Below the pieces are notes generated by a model. The model had not been told where the DNA came from. It saw nothing but the letters and a program-made list of their open reading frames with translations, and ran no database searches. Shown piece after piece: positions 1-10,572 of a stretch of 64,000 nucleotides of DNA (position 1 is the stretch's first letter; the number at the start of each line of letters is the position of its first letter). The position numbers and the translations under genes were made by a program. This stretch comes from Mycobacteriales bacterium (GTDB taxonomy: Bacteria > Actinomycetota > Actinomycetes > Mycobacteriales > SCTD01), in contig JAUJOY010000002.1 in NCBI GenBank assembly GCA_030447385.1, forward strand, positions 450,081-514,080, given 5' to 3'.

Positions 1-426
1 CACGACGACGACGGTGCGGTCCAGGTCCGAGAACGCGGCGCGGACCTGCCCGGGGTCGGTCGTGTCCACCACGACGAGCGGCGAGCCGGAGCTGGCGCAG
101 ATGACCTCCGGTGCGAGCGAGGAGCCACCCATCCCGCAGAGCACGACCCGCTGCACGCCCTCGCCGGCGAGCTCTTCGCGCAGCGCGAGCACCTGCGGCA
201 GCAGCTCCCGACCCGTCGCGACTGCGTCGAGCCAGCCCAGGCGGATGCCGGCTTCCGCGGCGGCGTCCGCGCCCCACAGCGTCGCGTCCCTGCCCGTCAG
301 CGCGCCGGGCAGGTCCTGCTCCGCGGCAGCGTCCAGAACGGCCCGGGCGGCGGCGACGAGGGAGGCGCCGGCCGTCCGCACGCACAGGCCCCCCGCGGCG
401 ACCTCACCGGCCTGCGGGCTGCTCAC
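1..426 (-). CDS. pgi: glucose-6-phosphate isomerase, N-terminal part (gene runs off the left edge)
   Basis: My own reverse translation from GTG 426 (GTGA overlap with the tal stop) gives ...[22 protein letters not shown]...[22 protein letters not shown]. This contains a PGI/SIS-type GMGGS motif. The gene lies directly downstream of tkt-tal. It is absent from the ORF track because it is open at the window edge. Confidence 0.65.
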   Translation of the reverse strand, partial: MSSPQAGEVAAGGLCVRTAGASLVAAARAVLDAAAEQDLPGALTGRDATLWGADAAAEAGIRLGWLDAVATGRELLPQVLALREELAGEGVQRVVLCGMGGSSLAPEVICASSGSPLVVVDTTDPGQVRAAFSDLDRTVVVV

Positions 427-1592
427 TCCCCGCCGCTCTCGGGGGACGCGGCGGCCGGGCCGCTCCCCGCGGGGTCGGCGGTGCCGTCGGGCCCGATGTC
501 GGCGCCCGCCTTCTCGAGCTGCTCGGAGACCGACTTGATCAGCGAGTTCCAGGCGTCCTCGAACTTCGTCACACCCTCCCGCTCCAGGGTGTCCACGACG
601 TCGTCGTAGGAGATCCCCGCCGCGGCGAGGTCGTCGAGCACCTGCTGCGCCTCGGCGTAGGTGCCGGCCACCGCGTCGCCGCGGACCTTGCCGTGGTCGA
701 AGACGGCGTCGAGCGTGGCCTCCGGCATGGTGTTGACGGTGCCGGGCGCGACGAGGTCCACGACGTACAGCGTGTCGTCGTAGGCCGGGTCCTTGACGCC
801 GGTCGAGGCCCACAGCGGGCGCTGCGGGCGCGCGCCCGCCTGCTCCAGCGCCTTCCAGCGCTCGCCCGAGAACACCTTCTCGTAGCGGGAGTAGGCCAGT
901 CGCGCGTTGGCGATCGCCGCCTTGCCGCGCAGGTCGGAGTCCTGCCCGAGCAGCGGGTCGATGGCGCTGTCCACCCGGGAGACGAAGAACGAGGCCACCG
1001 AGCTCAGGCGGGACAGGTCGCGTCCCGCGTCGCGCGCCTGCTCCATCCCGGTCAGGAACGCCTCCATGACCGCCTCGTAGCGCTCGAGGGAGAAGATCAG
1101 CGTGACGTTGACGCTGATGCCCTCCGCCAGGGTCTTCGTGATCGCGGGCAGGCCGGCGAGGGTGGCCGGGATCTTGATGAACAGGTTGGGCCGGTCCACC
1201 AGCCACCACAGCGCCTTGGCCTCCGCGACGGTGCGCTCGGCGTCGTGCGCGATCCGGGGGTCCACCTCGATCGACACCCGGCCGTCGACCCCGTCGGTCG
1301 CGTCGTGGGCCGGCGCCAGCACGTCGCAGGCCCAGCGCACGTCGTACGTCGTGAGCGCCCGCACCGCCTCGCCGATGTCGGTGCCCCGCAGGGCGAGGTC
1401 GCGCACCTGCTCGTCGTAGGCCTCGCCCTCGGACAGCGCCTTCTGGAAGATCGACGGGTTGGTCGTGACCCCGACGACGTTCCGGTTCTGCACGAGGTCG
1501 GCGAGGTTGCCCGACTGCAGGCGCCCCCGTGACAGGTCGTCCAGCCAGACCGCGACCCCGGCGGTGGACAGGTCGGCGAGGGCGTCGGTCAC
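423..1592 (-). CDS. tal: transaldolase
   Basis: 389 aa ORF. The N-terminus is ...[14 protein letters not shown]...[13 protein letters not shown], typical of actinobacterial long transaldolases. It follows tkt. Confidence 0.95.
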   Translation of the reverse strand: MTDALADLSTAGVAVWLDDLSRGRLQSGNLADLVQNRNVVGVTTNPSIFQKALSEGEAYDEQVRDLALRGTDIGEAVRALTTYDVRWACDVLAPAHDATDGVDGRVSIEVDPRIAHDAERTVAEAKALWWLVDRPNLFIKIPATLAGLPAITKTLAEGISVNVTLIFSLERYEAVMEAFLTGMEQARDAGRDLSRLSSVASFFVSRVDSAIDPLLGQDSDLRGKAAIANARLAYSRYEKVFSGERWKALEQAGARPQRPLWASTGVKDPAYDDTLYVVDLVAPGTVNTMPEATLDAVFDHGKVRGDAVAGTYAEAQQVLDDLAAAGISYDDVVDTLEREGVTKFEDAWNSLIKSVSEQLEKAGADIGPDGTADPAGSGPAAASPESGGE

Positions 1593-1614
1593 GGGGGCTC
1601 CCAGGGTCGTTGCG

Positions 1615-3708
1615 TCAGTTGCCGCTGGAGGTCATGCCCAACTTCGACAAGGACGCACGTGCTGCTGCGGCCACACGATCGGCGGTGAGGCCGAACTGCT
1701 CGTACAGGACGTCGTAGGGGGCGCTGGCACCGAAGTGCTCGAGCGCGACGCACTCGCCGGCGTCCCCGACCCACTCGTGCCAGCCCTGGGAGACCGCAGC
1801 CTCGACCGACACGCGGGCCCGGACGGCGGAGGGGAAGACGCTCGCCTTGTAGGCCTCGTCCTGCTCCCGGAACCACTCGACGCACGGCATCGACACGACC
1901 CGGGTCGGGACCCCGTCGGCCTCGAGCACCTCCTGGGCAGCCACGCAGATCTGCACCTCGGACCCGGTGCCGACCAGCAGCACCTCTGGCTGGCCGTTGG
2001 AGGCGTCGCGCAGCACGTACGCGCCGCGCGCGGCGCCCTCCGCGGGGCGGAACACCGAGCGGTCGAACGTCGGCACGTTCTGCCGGGTCAGGCACAGTCC
2101 GGCCGGCCGGTCGGTGTGCTCGAGGATCGTGCGCCACGCGACGACGGTCTCGTTGGCGTCCGCGGGCCGCACGACGTCCAGTCCGGGCAGCGCCCGCAGC
2201 GCGGCGAGGTGCTCGATCGGCTGGTGGGTCGGCCCGTCCTCGCCGAGGCCGATCGAGTCGTGCGTCCACACGTAGATCACCGGCAGCTTCATCAGGGCGG
2301 CCAGGCGCACGGCCCCGCGCATGTAGTCGCTGAACACCAGGAAGGTGCCGCCGTAGACGCGGGTGCCGCCATGCAGGGTGATGCCGTTCATGACCGCGCC
2401 CATGGCGTGCTCGCGGATGCCGAAGTGCAGCGTGCGGCCGTAGGGGTTGGCCTCGGGTAGCGGGTTGTCCTCGGGCAGGAACGAGTCCGCGCCCTTCATC
2501 GTGGTGTTATTGCTCTCCGCGAGATCGGCCGACCCGCCCCACAGCTCGGGCAGCGGCTCGGCCAGCGCGCTGAGCACCGCACCGCTCGCCTTGCGGGTGG
2601 CGACGCCCTTCTGGTCGGCGTCGAAGGTCGGCAGCGCCTCGGTCCACCCCTCGGGCAGGCGCCGCTCGCTCATGCGGTCGTGCAGAGCCTTGGCCTCGGG
2701 GTTCTTGCTCGCCCAGGCGTCGTAGTCCTTCTGCCACGCCGCCCGCATCGCCCGACCGCGCACGACGACCTCGCGGGCGTGCGCCACGACCTCGTCGGGG
2801 GCATGGAAGTTGGTGTCCACCGGGAAGCCGATGGCCTTCTTGGTGGCGGCGACCTCGTCGGCTCCGAGGGCGGCGCCGTGCGCCTTGCCGGTGTTCTGCA
2901 GGTTGGGCGCCGGGTAGCCGATGATCGTCTTCATCGAGACGAAGGACGGCCGGTCGGTCGTCGCCTGCGCAGTGACCAGCGCGTTGTAGAGCTCCTCGAC
3001 GTCGTTTCCGTCCTCGACCCGCTGCACGTGCCAGCCGTATGCCTCGTAGCGAAGAGCCACGTTCTCGCTCAGCGCGGTCTGGGTGTCGCCCTCGATCGAG
3101 ATCTTGTTGTCGTCGTAGAGGACGACGAGGTTGCCGAGGCGCTGGTGGCCCGCGAGGGAGGAGGCCTCGCCGCTGATGCCCTCCTCGATGTCGCCGTCGG
3201 AGGCCACGCACCAGATGGTGTGGTCGAACGGGCTCTTGCCGGGGGCGGTGTCCGGGTCGAGCAGGCCGCGCTCACGGCGCGAGGCCATCGCCATGCCGAC
3301 GGCGTTGCCGATGCCCTGGCCGAGCGGTCCGGTGGTCACCTCGACGCCGGGCGTGTGGCCGTGCTCGGGGTGGCCGGGGGTCGGTGACGCCCACTGCCGA
3401 AGGTGCGACAGGTCCTCGAGGGTCAGCCCGTAGCCGGACAGGTAGAGCTGGACGTAGAGGGTGAGGCTGGTGTGCCCGCAGGACAGCACGAACCGGTCGC
3501 GACCCGTCCAGTCCGGGTCGCTGGGGTCGTGTCGCAGCAGGCGCTGGTAGAGCAGGTACGCGGCGGGAGCAAGGCTCATGGCCGTGCCGGGGTGGCCGGA
3601 GCCGGCCTGCTCGACGGCATCCATCGCGAGGGCGCGGGACACGTCGACGGCAGCACGGTCGAGGTCGCCCCAGACGAGGGCAGGAGTGGGGGTCTGCGCG
3701 TTGCTCAT
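1615..3708 (-). CDS. tkt: transketolase
   Basis: 697 aa ORF with ...[12 protein letters not shown]... and ...[19 protein letters not shown]... ThDP-binding motifs and a full-length TK architecture. Confidence 0.97.
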   Translation of the reverse strand: MSNAQTPTPALVWGDLDRAAVDVSRALAMDAVEQAGSGHPGTAMSLAPAAYLLYQRLLRHDPSDPDWTGRDRFVLSCGHTSLTLYVQLYLSGYGLTLEDLSHLRQWASPTPGHPEHGHTPGVEVTTGPLGQGIGNAVGMAMASRRERGLLDPDTAPGKSPFDHTIWCVASDGDIEEGISGEASSLAGHQRLGNLVVLYDDNKISIEGDTQTALSENVALRYEAYGWHVQRVEDGNDVEELYNALVTAQATTDRPSFVSMKTIIGYPAPNLQNTGKAHGAALGADEVAATKKAIGFPVDTNFHAPDEVVAHAREVVVRGRAMRAAWQKDYDAWASKNPEAKALHDRMSERRLPEGWTEALPTFDADQKGVATRKASGAVLSALAEPLPELWGGSADLAESNNTTMKGADSFLPEDNPLPEANPYGRTLHFGIREHAMGAVMNGITLHGGTRVYGGTFLVFSDYMRGAVRLAALMKLPVIYVWTHDSIGLGEDGPTHQPIEHLAALRALPGLDVVRPADANETVVAWRTILEHTDRPAGLCLTRQNVPTFDRSVFRPAEGAARGAYVLRDASNGQPEVLLVGTGSEVQICVAAQEVLEADGVPTRVVSMPCVEWFREQDEAYKASVFPSAVRARVSVEAAVSQGWHEWVGDAGECVALEHFGASAPYDVLYEQFGLTADRVAAAARASLSKLGMTSSGN

Positions 3709-3855
3709 ACGGGCGGTCGCCCTCCATCGTTAGCCGGGCGTCCCGGGCGGGCCGGCGTGCGTTGCCGACCCTAGCGCCGTTACGTGTCTGCTGTGCGACC
3801 GGAGGCGCACGGATTCCGGCGGCTGCCTGGGAAGGCCCGGGCCGTGCCCGGTCGG

Positions 3856-3861
3856 TAGGCT
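3856..3861 (+). promoter_or_regulatory. -10-like hexamer TAGGCT, 6 nt upstream of the ctaB GTG (candidate leaderless promoter)
   Basis: TAGGCT fits the actinobacterial TANNNT -10 pattern. Its last T is 7 nt before the G of the start codon. The spacer (ccactc) has no SD-like purine run. Confidence 0.4.
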
Positions 3862-3867
3862 CCACTC

Positions 3868-4827
3868 GTGACGACGCTCGCGGACCCGGTTGCTGCGGCG
3901 GGGGCATCGGGTCCCGCAGCGCCCGCAGCACCGGCGCGGGCCGGACGAGCCGGTCTCCTGGCCACCGCCGGGGCCTACCTCGCGCTGACCAAGCCACGCA
4001 TCATCGAGCTGCTGCTCGTGACGACGGTGCCGACGATGATCCTCGCCGAGCGTGGGATGCCCTCGCTGGGGCTGGTCCTCGTGACGCTGCTCGGGGGGGC
4101 GCTCGCAGCGGGCAGCGCCAACGCCCTCAACTGCTACGTCGACCGCGACATCGACGAGCTCATGCACCGCACGGCCCGGCGTCCGCTGGTGCGCCACACC
4201 GTGACCCCGCGGGCCGCCCTGGCGTTCGGCCTCGTGCTCGGTGTGCTCGCGACCGCGCTGCTCGCCCTGACCACCAACCTCCTGGCGGCCACGCTGGCCG
4301 TCGCTGCGATCGCCTTCTACGTCGTCGTCTACACGATGGTGCTCAAGCGGCGGACCTCCCAGAACATCGTCTGGGGCGGCGCCGCGGGCTGCATGCCGGT
4401 GCTCATCGGCTGGGCTGCGGTGACCGGCACCCTCGGCTGGGAGCCGTGGGTGCTCTTCGCGATCATCTTCTTCTGGACGCCCCCGCACTACTGGCCGCTG
4501 GCGATGCGCTACCGCGAGGACTACGCCGCGGCGGGCGTGCCGATGCTGCCGGTCGTGGCGAGCCCCGCCGTCGTCGCCGGCCGGATCGTCGCCTACTCCT
4601 GGGCCATGGTGGCGTCCTCCTTCCTGCTGGTCGCGCCGCTCGGCGCTTCCGGCCCGCTCTACGCCGTGTCGGCGGGGATCCTGGGCGCGGTCTTCCTGCG
4701 CGAGGCCCACCTCCTGCGGGCGCGGGTGCTCACTGGCGACGAGCCGGTGCCGATGCGGCTGTTCCACTGGTCGATCACCTACCTGGCGATGCTGTTCGTG
4801 GCCGTCGCGCTCGACGCACTGCTCTGA
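3868..4827 (+). CDS. ctaB: protoheme IX farnesyltransferase (heme O synthase)
   Basis: 319 aa polytopic membrane ORF. It carries ...[20 protein letters not shown]... and ...[19 protein letters not shown]..., a UbiA-family Asp-rich motif. Confidence 0.9.
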   Translation: MTTLADPVAAAGASGPAAPAAPARAGRAGLLATAGAYLALTKPRIIELLLVTTVPTMILAERGMPSLGLVLVTLLGGALAAGSANALNCYVDRDIDELMHRTARRPLVRHTVTPRAALAFGLVLGVLATALLALTTNLLAATLAVAAIAFYVVVYTMVLKRRTSQNIVWGGAAGCMPVLIGWAAVTGTLGWEPWVLFAIIFFWTPPHYWPLAMRYREDYAAAGVPMLPVVASPAVVAGRIVAYSWAMVASSFLLVAPLGASGPLYAVSAGILGAVFLREAHLLRARVLTGDEPVPMRLFHWSITYLAMLFVAVALDALL

Positions 4828-4844
4828 CGACCGTCCGCCCCCGG

Positions 4845-5663
4845 GTGGCGCTGGCCACCGCCGCCGGCTCGTGGGGTCATGACGTGGACGGCCAGGCTCT
4901 GCTGGCCGCGCTGGACGCCCTCGACGTCGACGCGCTTCCCGTGGTCTGGGACGCCCCGGCGGACTGGGGCTCCTACGACCTGGTGGTCGTCCGCTCGACC
5001 TGGGACTACACGTCGCGGCGCGCGCAGTTCCTCGACTGGGCAGCGTCCGTGCCGCGGCTCGCCAACCCGTCCGCGACGCTCTGCTGGAACACCGACAAGC
5101 ACTACCTGAGCGCCCTCCTCGACGCGGGGGTGCCGGTCGTTCCGACGGAGTTCGTCGCCCCCGGCCAGAGCTACGAGCCGCCGGAGTACGAGCACGTCGT
5201 GAAGCCCGCCGTGTCCGCCGGCTCCCGGGACACGGTGCGCTTCTGCGCCGGGCAGGACTCCTCCGGGCATGCGGGCGGGCTGCTGGCGGCGGGACGCGCG
5301 GTGCTGGTACAGCCCTACCTGGCGCGGATCGACGAGGCAGGCGAGAGCGCGCTGCTGTTCTTCGGCGGCGCCTTCAGCCACGCCGCCCGCAAGGGACCTG
5401 TGCTCGCGCCGGGGGCCGGCCTTCCGCACGAGGTCGAGATCTCGCCCCGCCGGCCGACACCGGCCGAGCACGCCGTCGCCGCAGCGGCCCTGGCGGCCGC
5501 GCCCGGCCCCCTGCTGTACGCGCGGGTGGACCTGGCGCCGGGGCCGGACGGGGAGCCGCTGCTGATGGAGCTCGAGCTGACCGAGCCGTCGCTGTTCCTG
5601 TTCACCTCGCCCGGATCGGCGGAGCGCTGTGCCGAGGCCGTCCTGTGCCGGCTGCGGGGCTGA
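4845..5663 (+). CDS. ATP-grasp domain protein (RimK/glutathione-synthetase-like), function unknown
   Basis: This is the C-terminal part of track ORF 3762..5663. It reads ...LVVVRSTWDYTSRRAQFLDWA...NTDKHYL...EHVVKPAVSAGSRDT...LVQPYL...GESALLFFGG...LLMELELTEPSLF. The upstream part of that ORF is a shadow frame of ctaB. The start is uncertain; I chose GTG 4845. Confidence 0.55.
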   Translation: MALATAAGSWGHDVDGQALLAALDALDVDALPVVWDAPADWGSYDLVVVRSTWDYTSRRAQFLDWAASVPRLANPSATLCWNTDKHYLSALLDAGVPVVPTEFVAPGQSYEPPEYEHVVKPAVSAGSRDTVRFCAGQDSSGHAGGLLAAGRAVLVQPYLARIDEAGESALLFFGGAFSHAARKGPVLAPGAGLPHEVEISPRRPTPAEHAVAAAALAAAPGPLLYARVDLAPGPDGEPLLMELELTEPSLFLFTSPGSAERCAEAVLCRLRG

Positions 5664-6591
5664 GCTCGCGGTCGGCCGGAGCGGCCGGTGGCGGGGCGGC
5701 AGCGAGGGGGCCCCGGTCGCGAAGGGCGAGCACCGCCTGCACAGCGGCGACCAGGACAGCGCAGGCCCCGGCCAGGTGCAGCCCCACCAGGATCACCGGC
5801 AGGTCGGTGAAGTACTGCACCAGGCCGAGCAGCCCCTGTGCGAGCTCCACGCCCAGCAGGACGCCCATCGAGCGCAGCGCCGCCGGGGGAGCTCCCGTGG
5901 CCCGAAGGGCGACGAGGAAGGCCACGGTCAGCCCGATCAGCAGGAACACCAGGTCCGCGTGCACCTGGCTCACCGTCGCCGGGTCCAGACCGGTGCGTCC
6001 GGCTGCCGGGTCGCCCGAGTGGGGGCCGCTCCCCGTGACGACGGTGCCGGCCACCAGGGTCGCCGCGACGAGGGCGAGGAGCCCGTACCCGAGGCGTTGC
6101 AGGGGCGGGGGCACGAGGAGCCGCGGCGGCAGGTCGCCCTCCCCGGCGCGGGCGTGCAGGACGACCGCGAGCGCGATCAGCACCATCGACAGCAGGAAGT
6201 GGGCCATCACGGTCCACGGGTTGAGCCCGGTGAGGACGGTGACGCCGCCGAGCAGCGCCTGCGCCGGGATGCCGAGGAAGACCAGCGTGGCCAGCCGGCG
6301 CATGCCCGGGCGCACCGGGCGCTGGCGCCAGACGGCGACGAGGCAGGCGGCCACGACGGCCGTGAGCACGAAGGTGAGCAGCCGGTTGCCGAACTCGATG
6401 ACGCCGTGGACGGCGTACTCCGCGGTCGGGGTGTAGGTGGTGGTCGTGCACCGCGGCCAGGTGGGGCAGCCCAGTCCGGAGGCGGTGAGGCGCACAGCGC
6501 CGCCCGTGACGACGATGGCGCTGTTGGCGACGACGCTCGCGAGGGCCAACCGGCGCACCGTGCGCGAGGCGGGTCGGCGGAGCACGGGCAC
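5602..6591 (-). CDS. ctaA: heme A synthase (COX15/CtaA family)
   Basis: ...ANSAIVVTGGAVRLTASGLGCPTWPRC... followed by multiple TM helices. I trimmed the start to GTG 6591 so it does not run through the upstream ABC-2 permease gene; the track ORF starts at 6810. Confidence 0.8.
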   Translation of the reverse strand: MPVLRRPASRTVRRLALASVVANSAIVVTGGAVRLTASGLGCPTWPRCTTTTYTPTAEYAVHGVIEFGNRLLTFVLTAVVAACLVAVWRQRPVRPGMRRLATLVFLGIPAQALLGGVTVLTGLNPWTVMAHFLLSMVLIALAVVLHARAGEGDLPPRLLVPPPLQRLGYGLLALVAATLVAGTVVTGSGPHSGDPAAGRTGLDPATVSQVHADLVFLLIGLTVAFLVALRATGAPPAALRSMGVLLGVELAQGLLGLVQYFTDLPVILVGLHLAGACAVLVAAVQAVLALRDRGPLAAAPPPAAPADRELSPAAGTGRPRHSAPPIRAR

Positions 6592-6646
6592 GTCTTCAGG
6601 GTAGGGCGGCGGCGGGTAGGCGGCCTCCCGCCGTGCGTGATCCCCG

Positions 6647-7417
6647 CTACTCCCAGCGGAAGAGCCGGCTCGCGGCGGCGAGGGACCCGACGGCCCACAC
6701 GGCGAGCGTCGCAAGAGGCTGCAGCGGGAGCTCCCCGGCAGTGAGGACCTCGCGCAGGCCGCTGGACAGCGCAGCGCTCGGCAGGAGGGACAGGGCCGGC
6801 TCGGCGGCACCGAAGGCCGCCAGCGGGAACAGGATCCCGCCGAGGACCAGCAGCACGAACCAGACGAGGTTGGCCGCGGCCAGGGTCGTCAGCCCCCGCA
6901 GCGTCCCGCCCAGCAGCAGCCCGAGCCCGCTGAAGGCGACGGTGCCGAGCAGAACCAGAGCCACCACCGCCGCTGCCGACCCGCTGGGGTTCCAGCCGAG
7001 CAGCAGTCCGGTGAGGCAGATCAGCATCACCTGAAGCACCTCGACCGCCAGCACCGCGAGCGTCTTGGCCGCAAGCAGCACGGCTCGCGGAAGCGGGGTC
7101 GCGCCCAGCCGCTTGAGCACGCCGTACTGCCGCTCGAACCCGACTCCGATGGCCTGACCGGTGAACGCGGTGGACATGACGGCCAGCGCCAGCACCCCCG
7201 GTACGAAGAAGTCCGCCCGCTCCTGGCCGTCCACGTCGACGAACGGCACGGTGACGAGCAGGACCAGCAGTCCGAGCGGGATGACGAGGCTGAGCAGCAC
7301 CTGCTCGCCGTTGCGCAGCACGAGGGTGAGCTCGGCGCGGGTCTGGGCCCGCAGCATCCTCGGCAGCGGCGCCGCCCCCGGCTGCGGGGCGAGGGCGCCG
7401 GGGGGCCAGGCGGTCAC
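6647..7417 (-). CDS. ABC-2 type transporter permease
   Basis: This is the C-terminal 257 codons of track ORF 6647..9109. It reads [29 protein letters not shown]... with about 6 TM segments. GTG 7417 overlaps the ATPase stop (GTGA). Confidence 0.8.
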   Translation of the reverse strand: MTAWPPGALAPQPGAAPLPRMLRAQTRAELTLVLRNGEQVLLSLVIPLGLLVLLVTVPFVDVDGQERADFFVPGVLALAVMSTAFTGQAIGVGFERQYGVLKRLGATPLPRAVLLAAKTLAVLAVEVLQVMLICLTGLLLGWNPSGSAAAVVALVLLGTVAFSGLGLLLGGTLRGLTTLAAANLVWFVLLVLGGILFPLAAFGAAEPALSLLPSAALSSGLREVLTAGELPLQPLATLAVWAVGSLAAASRLFRWE

Positions 7418-8331
7418 GCGCGCGGCTCCGGCCCGGTGAGCTCGAGGAAGACGTCCTCGAGGGTGCGGGTCTGCACCCGCAGGTCCCGCGCGAGCACCCC
7501 CCGGTCCGCGCACCAGGTGGCGACGGTCGCGAGCAGCCGCGGGTCGACGGCCCCCTCGACGAGGTAGTGGCCGGCCGGCGACTCCGTCGCCGAGCAGCCG
7601 GCCGGCAGGTCGGCCAGCAGCGCGCCGAGGTCCAGCCCCGCCGGGGCGAGGAAGCGGAGCTGACCGGCGGCGCCGGACGCTGTCAGCTCGGCGACGGTGC
7701 CGGCCGCAACGACCCGGCCCGCGTCGAGGATGACGACGTCGTCGGCGAGCCGCTCGGCCTCGTCCAGCAGGTGGGTCGTCAGCACGACCGTCACGCCGTC
7801 GGAGCGCAGCGCCTCCACCAGCTCCCATGTCGCGCGGCGGGCCTGAGGGTCGAGCCCGGCGGTGGGCTCGTCGAGGAACACCAGCTCGGGGCGCCCGACG
7901 ACGGCCAGCGCCAGCGACAGGCGCTGCTGCTGACCGCCGGACAGGCGGCGGTAGGCCGTGTCCGCGACCTCGCCGAGCCCCAGTCGGTCCAGCAGCTCGT
8001 CCGGCGGGAGGGGGTGCGCGGCGAAGGAGGCCACCAGCCGCAGCATCTCGCGGGCCCGCAGGCCCGGGTAGGCGCCGCCGGACTGCGGCATCACCCCCAC
8101 CCGCGAGCGCAGCGACCGGTCGCGGGGAGGAAGGCCGAGCACGTGGACCTCGCCGGCGTCGGCGGACCGGAAGCCCTCGCAGATCTCCACCGTGGTGGTC
8201 TTGCCTGCGCCGTTGGGGCCGAGCAGCGCGAAGACGGTGCCCGGACGCACCGAGAAGGACAGGCAGTCGACGACCGCGCGCCCCGCGTACCGCTTGGCCA
8301 GGTCCAGAACCTCGAGGGCGGCTCCGGTCAC
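7414..8331 (-). CDS. ABC transporter ATP-binding protein (DrrA-like, partner of the ABC-2 permease)
   Basis: 305 aa with Walker [10 protein letters not shown], signature LSGGQQQR and Walker B LVFLDEPT. Confidence 0.9.
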   Translation of the reverse strand: MTGAALEVLDLAKRYAGRAVVDCLSFSVRPGTVFALLGPNGAGKTTTVEICEGFRSADAGEVHVLGLPPRDRSLRSRVGVMPQSGGAYPGLRAREMLRLVASFAAHPLPPDELLDRLGLGEVADTAYRRLSGGQQQRLSLALAVVGRPELVFLDEPTAGLDPQARRATWELVEALRSDGVTVVLTTHLLDEAERLADDVVILDAGRVVAAGTVAELTASGAAGQLRFLAPAGLDLGALLADLPAGCSATESPAGHYLVEGAVDPRLLATVATWCADRGVLARDLRVQTRTLEDVFLELTGPEPRA

Positions 8332-8382
8332 GGCCAGAGCCTACGAGGGGAGCCCTGGATTCGACGCCGGCCGGTATATACG

Positions 8383-8396
8383 CAACACTGTCGTTG
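8383..8396. promoter_or_regulatory. CAAC-N6-GTTG palindrome, candidate SufR operator
   Basis: CAACACTGTCGTTG is a perfect 4+4 inverted repeat. It sits just after a TATATA box (8375-8380) and abuts or overlaps the first candidate sufR start codon. Confidence 0.45.
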
Positions 8397-9166
8397 TGAA
8401 ATCCGTGGCGAACCCGGCGCGCCGGTCGCCCGCGCCCTCGACGGCGCCCTCGACGGCACAGACCCTCGCGCGCTCCTCCGCGCGCACGGTCGCGCACTCG
8501 GCGGTGGCGGAGGGCGCCGCCCAGCGCACCGCCACCCGCGAGCGCGTGCGCACCCTGCTCCTCGAGATGGGTCCCTCCACCGCCGCCGTGCTCAGCGAGC
8601 GCCTGGGCGTGAGCGCGGCCGGGGTCCGCCGGCACCTCGACGCGCTGCTGGCCGACGGAACCGTCACGACCCGCGAGCCCCGCACCCGTGGGCTGCGCGG
8701 CCGCGGCCGGCCGGCCCGCCTCTACATGCTCACCGACGCGGGGCACGCCTGCGGTCCAGCCGCCTACGACGACCTGGCCGCCAGCGCCCTGCGCTTCCTC
8801 GCGGCGAGCGGCGGCACAGCCGCGGTCGAGCGGTTCGCCCAGCAGCGGGTCGCCGAGCTCGAGGATCGCTACTCCGACCGGCTGAGCTCCGTGGCCCCCG
8901 CCGAGCGGCCCGCCGTTCTGGCCGAGGCGCTGTCGGAGGACGGCTACGCCGCGGCCACCTCCGAGCACGGCATCGGCCTGCAGCTGTGCCAGCACCACTG
9001 CCCCGTGCAGCACGTGGCTGCGGAGTTCCCGCAGCTGTGCGACGCCGAGACCGCCGCGATCAGCCGGCTGCTCGACGTGCACGTCCAACGACTCGCGACG
9101 ATCGCCCACGGCGACGGCGTGTGCACCACCTTCATCCCCACCCCGACAGTGAAGGCACCGCGATGA
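8396..9166 (+). CDS. sufR: SufR-type transcriptional regulator of the suf operon (winged-helix, Cys-containing C-terminal domain)
   Basis: ...[41 protein letters not shown]... is an ArsR/DeoR-like wHTH. ...[22 protein letters not shown]... is a cluster-ligand-like Cys motif. The gene is ATGA-coupled to sufB. The start could be GTG 8396 or GTG 8405. Confidence 0.8.
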   Translation: MKSVANPARRSPAPSTAPSTAQTLARSSARTVAHSAVAEGAAQRTATRERVRTLLLEMGPSTAAVLSERLGVSAAGVRRHLDALLADGTVTTREPRTRGLRGRGRPARLYMLTDAGHACGPAAYDDLAASALRFLAASGGTAAVERFAQQRVAELEDRYSDRLSSVAPAERPAVLAEALSEDGYAAATSEHGIGLQLCQHHCPVQHVAAEFPQLCDAETAAISRLLDVHVQRLATIAHGDGVCTTFIPTPTVKAPR

Positions 9167-10572
9167 CCACGACCTCTGACCAGCTCGAAGGCCTCGGCAG
9201 CTACAAGTTCGGCTGGTCGGACTCCGACGTCGCGGGCGCCGCCGCGACCCGCGGCGTCAACGAGGCGGTGGTGCGGGACATCTCGGCCAAGAAGAGCGAG
9301 CCCGACTGGATGCTCGACCTGCGGCTCAAGGGCCTCAAGCTGTTCGGCAAGAAGCCCATGCCGACCTGGGGCTCGGACCTGTCGGGCATCGACTTCGACA
9401 ACATCAAGTACTTCGTGCGGTCCTCGGAGAAGCAGGCCACCAGCTGGGAGGAGCTGCCCGAGGACATCAAGAACACCTACGACAAGCTCGGGATCCCCGA
9501 GGCGGAGAAGCAGCGCCTGGTTGCCGGTGTGGCGGCGCAGTACGAGTCCGAGGTGGTCTACCACTCGATCCGTCAGGACCTCGAGGACAAGGGCGTGCTG
9601 TTCCTCGACACCGACACCGCCCTGAAGGAGCAGCCCGAGCTGTTCCGGGAGTACTTCGGGTCCGTCATCCCGGTGGGCGACAACAAGTTCGCGGCGCTCA
9701 ACACCGCGGTCTGGTCGGGTGGCTCGTTCATCTACGTGCCGCCGGGGGTCGTGGTGGACATCCCGCTGCAGGCCTACTTCCGCATCAACACCGAGAACAT
9801 GGGCCAGTTCGAGCGCACGCTCATCATCGCCGACGAGGGCTCCTCGGTGCACTACGTCGAGGGCTGCACCGCCCCGATCTACAGCTCCGACTCGCTGCAC
9901 TCCGCGGTCGTCGAGATCATCGTGAAGAAGGACGCCCACGTCCGCTACACGACGATCCAGAACTGGTCCAACAACGTCTACAACCTCGTCACCAAGCGGA
10001 CCGCCGTGCACGAGGGCGGGCGCATGGAGTGGATCGACGGCAACATCGGCTCCAAGGTGACGATGAAGTACCCGGCCTGCTACCTGCTGGGTGAGCGCGC
10101 CTCCGGCGAGACCCTGTCGGTGGCGTTCGCGGGTGAGGGGCAGCACCAGGACGCGGGCGCGAAGATGGTGCACGCGGCGCCGCGTACGACCTCCAACATC
10201 GTGTCGAAGTCCGTCGCGCGCGGCGGCGGCCGCACGTCCTACCGCGGTCTGGTCCAGGTGCAGGAGGGCGCGACCGGCTCGAAGAGCAACGTCGTCTGCG
10301 ACGCCCTGCTCGTCGACACGATCAGCCGCAGCGACACCTACCCCTACGTCGACGTCCGCGAGGACGACGTCTCGCTCGGCCACGAGGCCACCGTGAGCAA
10401 GGTCGGCGACGACCAGCTGTTCTACCTGCGCAGCCGCGGCATGACCGAGCAGGAGGCCATGGCAATGGTGGTCCGCGGCTTCGTCGAGCCGATCGCCCGC
10501 GAGCTCCCGATGGAGTACGCGCTGGAGCTCAACCGGCTCATCGAGCTGCAGATGGAGGGCTCTGTTGGTTAG
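9163..10572 (+). CDS. sufB: Fe-S cluster assembly scaffold SufB
   Basis: This is the C-terminal 469 codons of track ORF 7567..10572. It reads [18 protein letters not shown]...[23 protein letters not shown]...[22 protein letters not shown].... Confidence 0.95.
   Translation: MTTTSDQLEGLGSYKFGWSDSDVAGAAATRGVNEAVVRDISAKKSEPDWMLDLRLKGLKLFGKKPMPTWGSDLSGIDFDNIKYFVRSSEKQATSWEELPEDIKNTYDKLGIPEAEKQRLVAGVAAQYESEVVYHSIRQDLEDKGVLFLDTDTALKEQPELFREYFGSVIPVGDNKFAALNTAVWSGGSFIYVPPGVVVDIPLQAYFRINTENMGQFERTLIIADEGSSVHYVEGCTAPIYSSDSLHSAVVEIIVKKDAHVRYTTIQNWSNNVYNLVTKRTAVHEGGRMEWIDGNIGSKVTMKYPACYLLGERASGETLSVAFAGEGQHQDAGAKMVHAAPRTTSNIVSKSVARGGGRTSYRGLVQVQEGATGSKSNVVCDALLVDTISRSDTYPYVDVREDDVSLGHEATVSKVGDDQLFYLRSRGMTEQEAMAMVVRGFVEPIARELPMEYALELNRLIELQMEGSVG

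Noticed and set aside
3762-5663. 633-aa plus-strand ORF spanning ctaB and the following gene, as a single fused protein.
   Set aside because: Its first roughly 350 codons are an alternative frame of ctaB with an Arg/Ala/Gly-rich nonsense translation. Only the last roughly 270 codons show ATP-grasp-like sequence. ctaB itself is the 3868..4827 frame.
6647-10572. Very long track ORFs 6647..9109 (-, 820 aa) and 7567..10572 (+, 1001 aa) that would suggest giant proteins.
   Set aside because: Only their C-terminal parts (the ABC-2 permease and SufB) look like real proteins. The rest is Arg/Gly/Pro/Ala-rich shadow translation, antisense or out of frame to the ABC ATPase and sufR, as expected in stop-poor GC-rich DNA.
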